Shown here in pieces: positions 40,348 through 49,582 of a stretch of 53,160 nt of DNA (position 1 is its first letter; each line of letters starts with the position of its first letter). The notes under the pieces were generated by a model, which worked only from the letters and a program-made list of their open reading frames with translations, was not told where the DNA came from and did no database searches. The stretch covers positions 1-53,160 of the forward strand of contig JBPCVD010000761.1 of the NCBI GenBank assembly GCA_051010815.1. Direction: 5' to 3'. The position numbers and the translations under genes are program-made. Origin of the DNA: Rubripirellula sp. Its GTDB lineage: Bacteria > Planctomycetota > Planctomycetia > Pirellulales > Pirellulaceae.

Positions 40348-40500
40348 AGCTCAATTCTCTTTCCAGGGATGGTTTCCCTTGCGTGAATGGTCACTTGTCA
40401 GACACACTTTAGCGTCTCAGACAATCCAATGCCCGCCCACGACGCACCGAATTCCTCGTGTGCGTCGCCTTCTAGGTCCACCTGCTTCAGCGTTTCCTCC

Positions 40501-42336
40501 ATGATCAATCTCGAAAGACGTCGTTTGCTTGAATCCCGCGTCTGGCCGCATGTTCAAACGCCGGCGCAATACGTCGGCGGAGAACGCAACATTGTTGTCA
40601 AGAATCACGCGGAAGTTTCGGGGAAGCTCTGCTTGGGCTTCCCGGACGCTTACACGATCGGAATGAGCCACCATGGGCTGCAGGTTCTCTACTCCCTGAT
40701 GAACCGCCGCGATGACTGGTGCGCCGAGCGCGTGTTCTCGCCTTGGCCAGACATGGAGGAACTGCTTCAGAAACATGACATACCGCTCTATAGCTTGGAG
40801 ACGTTCACCGCACTCTCGGAGTTCGACGTCCTCGGAGTGTCATTGCAATACGAAATCAGCTCGCCCAACGTTCTGACCATGATCCACCTGGGTGGAATCC
40901 CGCTGGAGGCGAAGGACCGGACGATGGCAGATCCGCTAGTGGTTGCCGGCGGTCCCTGTTGTCAGAACCCTGAACCGATGGCTGACTACTTCGATGTCAT
41001 GCTCACAGGGGATGGCGAACCGGCCTTGCCGGTCATCTGCGACTTGTGGATGAAGCTGAAGAACGAGAGTCGGAAGCAAGATGGATCCTTTGCCGTTGGC
41101 GAAGAGGGCAAGAAAGAACGCGAGAATGCTTTAGCAATCATCGCCCAAAAACTCGACTACGCGTACGTCCCTCGATTCTACCAACCCGAATACGGAAGTG
41201 GGCGAATCGCTACGCTCAATCGGACCCGCGACGACGTTCCGGAAACGATCGCGCCCAGCGTCATCAGCGACCTCGATGGCATCCCGCTGCCGACCAAGCC
41301 GATTGTCCCTTACATCGAGTGCGTGCATGATCGAATTGCGGTGGAGATCATGCGTGGTTGTCCCCATCTTTGCCGCTTCTGCCAAAGCACAGTGATCAAG
41401 CGTCCTCTGCGCGTTCGCGAAGTCGACACGATTGTCGATGGCGCTTTGGAGAGCTATCTCAATACGGGGTACAACGAAATCAGCATCTTGTCACTTTCGA
41501 GTAGCGACTACCCGCATTTTGAGCCGCTCGTTCTCAAACTTCATGAAGTGTTCAAGCCTCTGGGTGTGAACATCAGTGTTCCAAGCCTACGTGTCAACGA
41601 GCAACTCCGGACGCTGCCAATCTTGCTCGGAAGTGATCGAAGACGAAGCATGACATTGGCCCCCGAGGTCGCGCGCGATGACATGCGTGAGCAGATTCGC
41701 AAGAAGATCAAGAACAGCGATCTGATCGAGGGTTGCCGCGTCGCATTCCAAAACGGATTCGACAGCATCAAACTCTATTTTATGTGTGGACTTCCGGGTG
41801 AACGCCCAGTCGATCTGGACGGTATCGTCGACTTGGCGGAGAAGATTGCGACGGTAGGGAAAGAGGTCAACGGTCGCTACGCGCGAGTCACTGCCAGCGT
41901 CTCAAACTTTGTTCCTAAAGCACACACGCCTTATCAGTGGAACGGAATGCAGAGGCGCGAGTACTTCCAGTGGGCGCACAAGTATCTCTGGAGTCGACGG
42001 CGCATCCGTAGCGTCAATATCAAGTGCCATGACATCGAGACTAGCCTGCTGGAAGGCGTGCTCAGTCGCGGTGATCGTCGTACTGGCAAAGCAATCCGTT
42101 TGGCTTGGGAGCGCGGTGCCAGAATGGACGGTTGGCGGGAATTCCTGGATGCTCAGCGCTGGTGGGACGCGATCGAAGATGCGGACATCAACGTCGAAGA
42201 ACAGGTTCATGAGAAGTACGAATTAATGGACAAACTTCCTTGGGACCACGTGAACGTCAAATTTGGCCGCGCTTATCTGGAAAAAGAGCAGGGCAGGGCA
42301 ACCGTACAATTGGCCGAGATGGCCAACGCCACTTAG
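40501..42336 (+). CDS. radical SAM protein, TIGR03960 family (B12-binding-like N-terminus)
   Basis: PAQYVGGE, FPDxYxIGMSH, EIMRGCPHLCRFCQ, KLYFMxGLP, FVPKxHTPYQW, LPWDH. Start placed at ATG 40501. Confidence 0.9.
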   Translation: MINLERRRLLESRVWPHVQTPAQYVGGERNIVVKNHAEVSGKLCLGFPDAYTIGMSHHGLQVLYSLMNRRDDWCAERVFSPWPDMEELLQKHDIPLYSLETFTALSEFDVLGVSLQYEISSPNVLTMIHLGGIPLEAKDRTMADPLVVAGGPCCQNPEPMADYFDVMLTGDGEPALPVICDLWMKLKNESRKQDGSFAVGEEGKKERENALAIIAQKLDYAYVPRFYQPEYGSGRIATLNRTRDDVPETIAPSVISDLDGIPLPTKPIVPYIECVHDRIAVEIMRGCPHLCRFCQSTVIKRPLRVREVDTIVDGALESYLNTGYNEISILSLSSSDYPHFEPLVLKLHEVFKPLGVNISVPSLRVNEQLRTLPILLGSDRRRSMTLAPEVARDDMREQIRKKIKNSDLIEGCRVAFQNGFDSIKLYFMCGLPGERPVDLDGIVDLAEKIATVGKEVNGRYARVTASVSNFVPKAHTPYQWNGMQRREYFQWAHKYLWSRRRIRSVNIKCHDIETSLLEGVLSRGDRRTGKAIRLAWERGARMDGWREFLDAQRWWDAIEDADINVEEQVHEKYELMDKLPWDHVNVKFGRAYLEKEQGRATVQLAEMANAT

Positions 42337-43283
42337 GAAACTTCCGCAGTCTCGTCGTGACGCGGCGCGATGAACGGTTCGATATGTACGTGCACGTCCC
42401 GAACTCGGGGCATCTGAACGAGCAACCGGTCCTTCACTGCGTGCCCAATCCGGTGACCATGATCCACGGTCATGGTTCCATCCACCTGAACATGAATCTC
42501 GATGAAGTACTCGAGACCACTCTTCCTGACTCGAAGCTTCTCGACTTCCTCCACGCCCTCGACCGCCTCCGAGATCACACGAACTTCCTTGACGATTTCG
42601 TCACCAGCTTGCTGGTCCATGAGCTCCCCAGCCGTGGTGAGAAAAATCTTCAGTCCCGTGTAGACTAGCGCAGAACAGATACACAGTGCTGCGATCGGAT
42701 CGACGAATCGCCCCCAATCCCCGAGATGGGGCGCTGCAAGCAAGGAAACCGCGACAAGTCCTGAGCCAAGAGCGTCGCTGCGATGATCCCACGCGACCGC
42801 ATTCAGCGAGGATGAATCGAGTCGTTTCGCGACTCGCACGGTGTATCGATAAATGCATTCCTTGACGATTCCACAAACTCCGGCAATCACACCGGCGATC
42901 GCACTGGGAACTTGCATTTCGACGCCGAAGCGTTTGATGGTCTCCATCGCCAACAGTCCGGCACTGAATGCGACCAGCAGGGAGACGCAAAGCCCGGCGA
43001 TCGACTCAGCCTTGGTGTGCCCATAGGGGTGGTCCTCGTCCTCCTCAACTTGCGCCATGCCGAGCGCACCGCGAACCGCCAAAGCGCTTGCCACATCACC
43101 GATCGAGTTCACTGCATCGGCGATCAAAGCGGCAGATCCCGTCATAATTCCGCCCGTCAACTTTGCGGCCACGAGCACAACATTGACGCTGAGTCCCCAT
43201 ACAGCCGCCCGCGACGCATCGACATAAAGACGCTGTCGGACTGCGACAGATGCTTCGTCGCGTGGGGGAGAAATCGACAACAA
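42333..43283 (-). CDS. cation diffusion facilitator (FieF/MntE-like)
   Basis: SAALIADAxxSxxD, HPYGHxKAE, HRSD, DP; C-terminal HVQV...GH...VHVHIEP domain. Confidence 0.92.
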   Translation of the reverse strand: MLSISPPRDEASVAVRQRLYVDASRAAVWGLSVNVVLVAAKLTGGIMTGSAALIADAVNSIGDVASALAVRGALGMAQVEEDEDHPYGHTKAESIAGLCVSLLVAFSAGLLAMETIKRFGVEMQVPSAIAGVIAGVCGIVKECIYRYTVRVAKRLDSSSLNAVAWDHRSDALGSGLVAVSLLAAPHLGDWGRFVDPIAALCICSALVYTGLKIFLTTAGELMDQQAGDEIVKEVRVISEAVEGVEEVEKLRVRKSGLEYFIEIHVQVDGTMTVDHGHRIGHAVKDRLLVQMPRVRDVHVHIEPFIAPRHDETAEVS

Positions 43284-43296
43284 ACTTTCCTATCGC

Positions 43297-45447
43297 GTGA
43301 CTCTTGGGGAGCGATATTCTAACAACATGGCTGTCGCGCTAAAGATCGGATCCGCGCTTCGATCCGTTATGTTGGCATGCGTGGAATTCTCATCTGCAAA
43401 ACCCAGCCGCCATGCAATCACAGCTTCCAGCTGCCCTTCTTGGGTTCGTGGTTGTGTGATCGTCGTCTCGAGTTTCATTGGTTCGACTACAACGGTCGCG
43501 AGAGCTCACGACAATGCGTTTCTGCCTAGCGGAAGTCACGACATCGGGTGGCCGAATGTTCGTGGGCCGAAGTACGATGGAAAATCGCCAGAAATTCACA
43601 TCGCCGATGAATGGCCTGCTGACGGTCCGCCCGTATTGTGGATCAAGGAGCTTGGACAGGGCTACTCCTCGTTCGTGGTTCAGGACGATCGCGCTTACAC
43701 GCAATACCAGTCGCTTGCCGGACAATACGTCCTCTGTCTAAACGCGAACACCGGTGAAACGCTTTGGAGCTATCGCTACGACTGGCCATTCGAAGCGACG
43801 GGACTCTACCCCGGCCCGCGTAGCACACCCACGATCGCAGCGAATCATATCTTTTTCGCAACACCCGCTGGCGACGTCGGTTGTCTCGATGGAACAGGTC
43901 GACTGAAGTGGCGGAGAGAATTGAAACAGGAATTCGATGGGAAAGGTACAGGTTTCGGTTACGCCTGCTCACCCACTGTTGTTGACGGCAAGGTTTTGAT
44001 GCCGGTCGGTGGAACAGAGGCCAGCATGGTGGCATTGAATGCGGAAAACGGCGACGTTCTTTGGACCTCTGGATCTGCATCAGCTAGCTACACTCCCGCC
44101 TTCCCAATCGAGGTTGATGGCAGACGCCAAGTCATTGGCTATCTCGAACACGAACTCGTGAGTTTTGACATTGAAACGGGAGAGGCCTTGTGGAACACAG
44201 TCCTCTCGCGCGGGTACGACGAACACTCCGCATGGCCAATTTTTGATGGCGAGCATCTATGGTGTTCCGCGCCGTTTCAATCGGGATCGCAATTATTCCG
44301 GCTTTTGGGTGGCGACTCCCCATCGCTGCAAAGAGTTTGGCAATCGACCACGATGTCCAACGATGTCTCATCCAGTGTGGCAGTCGATGGTCATCTGTTC
44401 GGCTTCGATCTTGCGGAAGCCCAAACCAAGGCTCACCGCCCCTCGCGCGGCAGCTTTAAATGCGTCGAATTTCTCACCGGCGATACAAAGTGGATCAATG
44501 GTGATCCACGCGAGCGGCGAAGCACCAGTTACGAAGAGAACGCAAAATCGCAGACCATTGGTCATGCGAGTCTTCTCGCTGTCGATGGAAAGCTCATTCT
44601 CTTCAACGATCTCGGCGACCTCATTCTTGCCAGGGCCGATGCTCAGCAGTACTTAGAACTTGGCCGCGCACCGGCTTTGCCGGGCGAAATCAGCTGGACG
44701 GCACCGGCGATGGATCGTGGACGAGTATTCCTCCGCAACCATTCGCGGGCCGTTTGCATCTACATCGGTGATCCTGACCTGCTGGATCGGACTCGCGACG
44801 TATCACGTATCGCTGACGTTCCTCGAGGAAGACCACGTGACTTTTCGAGGTTGCTCGGGGTTGAGCCGGAGTATGCCATGGATCCGCCGACTCAACGTTG
44901 GTTGTGGACTTGGTATGCCGTGTCGATTGCAATTTTGCTGGGAGCGGCGATCCTGAGTGCGGGATTCGCAGGGGCATTTCGGTTGTGGCGTAGGCCGGAA
45001 TCAATCCGCCTCATCTATTGGGGACTGACATTTTCGCTTGGCTTGGTCACCGGTTCCGTCGTGAGCATGCTGACCAACGATTTCGTATTCACTTGGCCTG
45101 TCTGCCTGTTCATCGCGTGTCAGACCACCTTGTACCACGCCAAACCTCGTCATCTAGGTATGCGAAGCCGCCGCGATCTCTGGCGGGACCGCGTGTTGGC
45201 CGTCGGCTTCTTGGTGGTGTGCATGCTCTATCTTTGGGTTTGTCGCCGTCTGAGTTTGGTCACGGAATGGGTATTCCTGTGTGGACTGATGGGAGGGATT
45301 CCTTTCTTACTGGCTGGACGTCGCCTAACGTCACGGGGGCTCGGTGGCCTTGCGGTTGAACTGGCGATGACCCTTCTCGGTTTCAGCGGTTTCTACGCGC
45401 TGTCCGTGTTGATTCTCAGCTGGAAGTACGAACTCAACACCTTCTAA
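43297..45447 (+). CDS. PQQ-like beta-propeller protein with a C-terminal multi-TM domain
   Basis: WPNVRGP, GQGYSS, GPRSTP, YACSP, WTAPA, followed by about six hydrophobic helices. True start is probably downstream of 43297. Confidence 0.8.
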   Translation: MTLGERYSNNMAVALKIGSALRSVMLACVEFSSAKPSRHAITASSCPSWVRGCVIVVSSFIGSTTTVARAHDNAFLPSGSHDIGWPNVRGPKYDGKSPEIHIADEWPADGPPVLWIKELGQGYSSFVVQDDRAYTQYQSLAGQYVLCLNANTGETLWSYRYDWPFEATGLYPGPRSTPTIAANHIFFATPAGDVGCLDGTGRLKWRRELKQEFDGKGTGFGYACSPTVVDGKVLMPVGGTEASMVALNAENGDVLWTSGSASASYTPAFPIEVDGRRQVIGYLEHELVSFDIETGEALWNTVLSRGYDEHSAWPIFDGEHLWCSAPFQSGSQLFRLLGGDSPSLQRVWQSTTMSNDVSSSVAVDGHLFGFDLAEAQTKAHRPSRGSFKCVEFLTGDTKWINGDPRERRSTSYEENAKSQTIGHASLLAVDGKLILFNDLGDLILARADAQQYLELGRAPALPGEISWTAPAMDRGRVFLRNHSRAVCIYIGDPDLLDRTRDVSRIADVPRGRPRDFSRLLGVEPEYAMDPPTQRWLWTWYAVSIAILLGAAILSAGFAGAFRLWRRPESIRLIYWGLTFSLGLVTGSVVSMLTNDFVFTWPVCLFIACQTTLYHAKPRHLGMRSRRDLWRDRVLAVGFLVVCMLYLWVCRRLSLVTEWVFLCGLMGGIPFLLAGRRLTSRGLGGLAVELAMTLLGFSGFYALSVLILSWKYELNTF

Positions 45448-45527
45448 TGACGAGAGGTTTGCAGCAGGTCGGTAGCGTAAACCATGACCTAGGTTTCATC
45501 GGTGTCTACACATTGAGAGGAACCCAG

Positions 45528-47651
45528 ATGGCCACACAACCAGAATTATCGTCAAGCGCCGACCGAACATCCGCTTCGGTGACCCGCGGATCCATGTTCT
45601 GGTTCGCTGCGACAACGCTGCTGGGGGCTTTTCTGGTGTTTCAAGTCCAACCGGTGATCAGCAAGTGCGTATTGCCTTGGTTTGGCGGAACGCCGGCCGT
45701 GTGGACGACCTGCATGCTGTTCTTTCAGCTGCTGCTGTTCGGCGGTTACCTATACGCACACATTCTCCGCACCTGTTTTCGTCCGTTTTTTCAAGCATGC
45801 ATTCACTTGGTGCTGCTAAGCCTGGCTGCGATGGCACTTCCGATCGAGCCCTCCGACGCCTGGAAACCTACAGGACTCGAGTCCCCAACGCTCCATTTGC
45901 TGTGGATGCTGGCCGCCCACGTCGGCCTGCCGTATTTCGTGCTTTCGAGCACGGGACCACTCGTGCAGGCTTGGCTCAGCTATCGTGACGGGTCAGAACG
46001 TGTCTATCGGCTCTACGCGTTGTCCAATGCCGGATCTCTTGTCGCCTTGCTGAGCTATCCGTTCCTGGTGGAGCCAATCTTGTCGGTTAGCCATCAATCG
46101 ATGGTCTGGTCCCTTCTGTTCTGCCTCTTTGTGTTGGTTCAGGGCGCTGTTGCCATCGGCCTTTTCCGCACGCCGTCTCTCACCAGTAAAGCCTCTTCTG
46201 CGTCAAAGCAAACCTTGAACGAACACGCGTCGGCTCCAAGCAAGGCAAGCTGGAATCTTCGATTCATTTGGATAGCGTTGCCTGCCGTTGCCTCAACCGT
46301 TCTGCTCGTGGTTACCAATCATGTTTGTCAGGACGTCGCAGTCATTCCCTTCCTGTGGGTGTTGCCTTTAAGCCTTTACCTCCTCAGCTTTATCATCTGC
46401 TTTGACTCACCGCAGTGGTACAAACCAAAGTGGATCGCTGCCGGGACGCTAGTCGCAATTCTCATGATTCAGGCGAAGCATCTTCTACCGGGATCGATGC
46501 AGCTTATCGCCGAAGCATTGAGCTACATGATGATGTTGCTGGGCGTATGTTTGCTATGTCACGGTGAGGTCGCGAGGCTAAAACCTGACTCTTCCAAGTT
46601 AACGCAGTACTACATGCTGCTGTCTGCCGGTGGCGCCGTGGGCGGCATCATCGTCGCAATTGCATGCCCGATGTTGCTAAGCACCAATGTTGAATTGCCG
46701 TTTTCGCTGGCGTTGGTGACCGCTTTCGCATTCACGATGTTCTTCGCGTCAAGAGACTGGAACCGAGCGGCATATGATTGGACCTCGGCCTACCGATTGC
46801 GTTACGCCACCATGGGATTGATGGTCGCACCACTCTTTGCCATGGCTTTCGCGCCCCAAGACGAAACGATCGCATCGGAACGAAACTTCTTTGGCGTCTT
46901 ACAAGTGCTACGTGACCATCGCGGACTTCGACTCGTCCATGGCAGCACGATTCATGGCATGCAGCTCGATGGTGAGCGACGGAACGAACCGACGACCTAC
47001 TACGGTCGCGAAAGCGGGGTCGGGCTCGCGATCGCAGCCATGCAGACCGAGAAAGCGAATTTGCGAATTGGTGTCGTCGGTCTAGGTTGCGGCGTTTTGG
47101 CAACCTACGGGCGCGAGCAGGATCGATTCGACATGATCGAGATCAATCCAGCCGTGGTCGAGATCGCGAATCAGCACTTTACCTTTCTCTCCGGAAGTGA
47201 CGCGACCGTGCAAACGCACCTTGGCGACGGTCGCCTCGTCCTGGAACGCATGCAGAACGCACGCTTTGATCTACTCGTCCTCGATGCCTTCAGCAGTGAC
47301 GCGATACCCGCGCATCTTTTGACACGAGAGGCGATCCAGCTCTATCAACAGCGTCTTCAGTCCGATGGGCTGCTTGCAATTCACGTTTCCAACAACCACC
47401 TTGATCTCGTCCCCCTCGTACACCGCCTCAGCCAAGACGCCGGTTTGGATTCTCGCGTCGTGCGAAGTAGCGGTCGAGACGACGAGGGTACGCAGCACTC
47501 GACTTGGATGCTCATCGCCGCTGCGGACTGCTCGCTCTGGAGCGAAGTCGAACTTGCCGGGGCTCAGACTGCTAGCAAATCTGAACTCGCCAACGCGCCT
47601 TTATGGACTGACCAGCATCACAATCTGGTTAGCGTTCTAAGACTTTGGTAG
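45528..47651 (+). CDS. fused membrane (MFS-like) / spermidine-synthase-like SAM-binding protein
   Basis: FQVQP...LPWFGGTPAVW, YRLYALSNAGS, HGSTIHG, PTTYY, VVGLGCG, EINP, GDGR, DAFSSD, WTD. GAGAGGA RBS before ATG 45528 (ORF open from 45447). Confidence 0.88.
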   Translation: MATQPELSSSADRTSASVTRGSMFWFAATTLLGAFLVFQVQPVISKCVLPWFGGTPAVWTTCMLFFQLLLFGGYLYAHILRTCFRPFFQACIHLVLLSLAAMALPIEPSDAWKPTGLESPTLHLLWMLAAHVGLPYFVLSSTGPLVQAWLSYRDGSERVYRLYALSNAGSLVALLSYPFLVEPILSVSHQSMVWSLLFCLFVLVQGAVAIGLFRTPSLTSKASSASKQTLNEHASAPSKASWNLRFIWIALPAVASTVLLVVTNHVCQDVAVIPFLWVLPLSLYLLSFIICFDSPQWYKPKWIAAGTLVAILMIQAKHLLPGSMQLIAEALSYMMMLLGVCLLCHGEVARLKPDSSKLTQYYMLLSAGGAVGGIIVAIACPMLLSTNVELPFSLALVTAFAFTMFFASRDWNRAAYDWTSAYRLRYATMGLMVAPLFAMAFAPQDETIASERNFFGVLQVLRDHRGLRLVHGSTIHGMQLDGERRNEPTTYYGRESGVGLAIAAMQTEKANLRIGVVGLGCGVLATYGREQDRFDMIEINPAVVEIANQHFTFLSGSDATVQTHLGDGRLVLERMQNARFDLLVLDAFSSDAIPAHLLTREAIQLYQQRLQSDGLLAIHVSNNHLDLVPLVHRLSQDAGLDSRVVRSSGRDDEGTQHSTWMLIAAADCSLWSEVELAGAQTASKSELANAPLWTDQHHNLVSVLRLW

Positions 47652-47780
47652 CACGCGGAGATTCCGCGGAAAGATCTAAATCTCGTGTTTTCCAACACGA
47701 ACTTTGCTCTTGATGGTTGTTTCACGCCTCTGCTACTTTCCCATTGTCCCTGTTCTCAGTGAGCTTTTTGCGGGAATGGC

Positions 47781-47902
47781 TGAAGGCGTCAGTACGAAGC
47801 GGTCGATACATCCCAATGTTTCCGCCCGCTTTGCGCTGAAAAGTCTCTCTTCGCTTACGGATTGCTTCCTGGGACAAGGATCGCGGCGCTGACGACCGAT
47901 GC
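47781..47902 (+). promoter_or_regulatory. two candidate sigma-28 (FliA)-type promoters upstream of flgM
   Basis: GAAG-N16-GTCGATAC (47782-47809) and CAAG-N16-ACCGATGC (47875-47902), compared with consensus TAAA-N15/16-GCCGATAA. Confidence 0.4.
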
Positions 47903-48058
47903 GGAAACGGCCAATACCTTCATCATGCCAGGAGGGTTTGATGTCGCTGGCCCGGTCATTACGCGCTTTCGCATCCATTCGACTCGACAGGATTTCGTCA
48001 CATTGTTGGCGTGATCGATTCGGTGGAAGTTCCAGTCCCACACGGGAGCAATTCGACC

Positions 48059-48361
48059 ATGCAAATTTACGGCCCTTTCCGGGTTTCGACGACGCAACCC
48101 AATGCGGCTGCCCAACGTGCGCAGCCCCAAAAACCCGCTGATTCGGCTTCCAAGCCTAATTCGGCTCCGGTCGACCAACTCGACCTTTCCAGTGCCACCA
48201 CGGGCGTCAATCGGCTCGATTCGACATCTCACATCGCCGGCGGCGGCGAGATTCGAATTGATCGCGTCGCTGAACTGCGCCGTCAGATCGCAGACGGGAG
48301 CTATGAAACGCCCGAGAAGCTCGATGCAGCACTCGATCGGCTACTCGACCAGTTCGCTTAG
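48059..48361 (+). CDS. flgM: anti-sigma-28 factor FlgM
   Basis: DQLDLS...IRxDRVAELRxQIAxGxY pattern; low-complexity N-terminus; 100 aa. Confidence 0.88.
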   Translation: MQIYGPFRVSTTQPNAAAQRAQPQKPADSASKPNSAPVDQLDLSSATTGVNRLDSTSHIAGGGEIRIDRVAELRRQIADGSYETPEKLDAALDRLLDQFA

Positions 48362-48376
48362 CCCGAGTTTTAGGCG

Positions 48377-48401
48377 ATTCCACGTTTTTGAGACGTGGAA
48401 T
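48377..48401. other. 9-bp perfect inverted repeat between flgM and the Fur-family gene (hairpin or operator)
   Basis: ATTCCACGT-ttttgag-ACGTGGAAT, followed by a TAGAAT -10-like hexamer at 48414-48419. Confidence 0.55.
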
Positions 48402-48507
48402 TCGACAGCGGGATAGAATATCTGTGTCGTAGGCTGGTGCTTTTTGGCCACCTGCGGCATCTTGGGTATGTGCTGCCGTTCGATCCACCCTCTTTTCTAG
48501 CTTAGCT

Positions 48508-49008
48508 GTGTCGACTGCCGATTCACTGGAACCGCTCAACGTCTCGTCGTCTCCTCAAGAGCGATTTGAGGAGTACCTTCAGACCCGTGGTCTTCGGCAG
48601 ACGAACCAGCGAAAGTTCCTGATTGAGGCTGTATTCCAGGAGCACGACCATTTCGACGCTGACGAGCTAATCGATCGGTTGCCTCGTCGAGGCGAAAAAA
48701 ACTATGTCAGCTCCGCTACCGTCTATCGGACGCTCCGAGAATTTGTCGATGCGGGCCTGCTTAAAAGCTTCCAGCTCGATGGGCGAACCGTTTACGAACT
48801 CGACTACGGCTACCCGCAACACGACCACCTTTACTGCACGCGTTGCCGAAAACTGGTTGAGTTTCAGAGTGACGAATTAGTGAAATTGCGTGACAAAGTT
48901 GCCCTCGAGAAAGGCTTTCGCGTCAGCGGTCACCGCATGATCATTCAAGGTGTCTGTCGCGATTGCGCGAAGAGCAAGCGGAAAAAGCGTAAGCAAGATC
49001 TCGTTTGA
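48508..49008 (+). CDS. Fur-family transcriptional regulator
   Basis: GLRxTxQR, HFDAD, SxATVYRTL, HDHLYCxxC, C-terminal CxxC. Confidence 0.92.
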   Translation: MSTADSLEPLNVSSSPQERFEEYLQTRGLRQTNQRKFLIEAVFQEHDHFDADELIDRLPRRGEKNYVSSATVYRTLREFVDAGLLKSFQLDGRTVYELDYGYPQHDHLYCTRCRKLVEFQSDELVKLRDKVALEKGFRVSGHRMIIQGVCRDCAKSKRKKRKQDLV

Positions 49009-49020
49009 CACGCTCAGACT

Positions 49021-49443
49021 TCAACCTCGAATCTGTTTCAAGATCGCGGCGAATACGAGTTCGTTTTCGTCAAAATCGCGACTCTCGGCCTGCATCTGAA
49101 TAACCACAGGGATGCCTTGCGCCGATGTGATGACGAGACGTGAGACGATCATTAGATCCAGGTAGTAAAAGCGAAAGTTGACGCACCGTTCGCCAGCGGT
49201 CGCTCCCTCGAGCTGTGCATCCTCGCGTTCCACTTCGTCATAGTCTTCGGAAATCGAATCGGCGACATCCTCGATGATCTCCTCGGCGATTTGGCCCTGG
49301 AGTTCCTTCTCCAACGTGAAGAAGCCACCGCTGGGAAGCTCCAGCGTCACCCCATCACCGCCTTCATCCTCATCCCGGTCAATCGTCTTCCAATTGTCCG
49401 GGTAGAGGAATTTGACGCCAAAGGATTCGAAGGTAGAGGGCAT
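49021..49443 (-). CDS. acidic hypothetical protein
   Basis: Protein-like segment from MPSTFESFGVKFLYPDNW. The upstream ORF extension overlaps the TPR gene and is discounted. Confidence 0.7.
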   Translation of the reverse strand: MPSTFESFGVKFLYPDNWKTIDRDEDEGGDGVTLELPSGGFFTLEKELQGQIAEEIIEDVADSISEDYDEVEREDAQLEGATAGERCVNFRFYYLDLMIVSRLVITSAQGIPVVIQMQAESRDFDENELVFAAILKQIRG

Positions 49444-49582
49444 GAGAGAGTCTCGGTTTAGGAAGCGGGCACTAAATGATGCACTAGATTGCTCCCCAAT
49501 CCCAGCCGTCCGCTCCGCCACCTGTGAGTCGCATTGCTTTATGTCACGCGTTTTTGGTACCTGAATCGTTTGAGCCGTCCCG

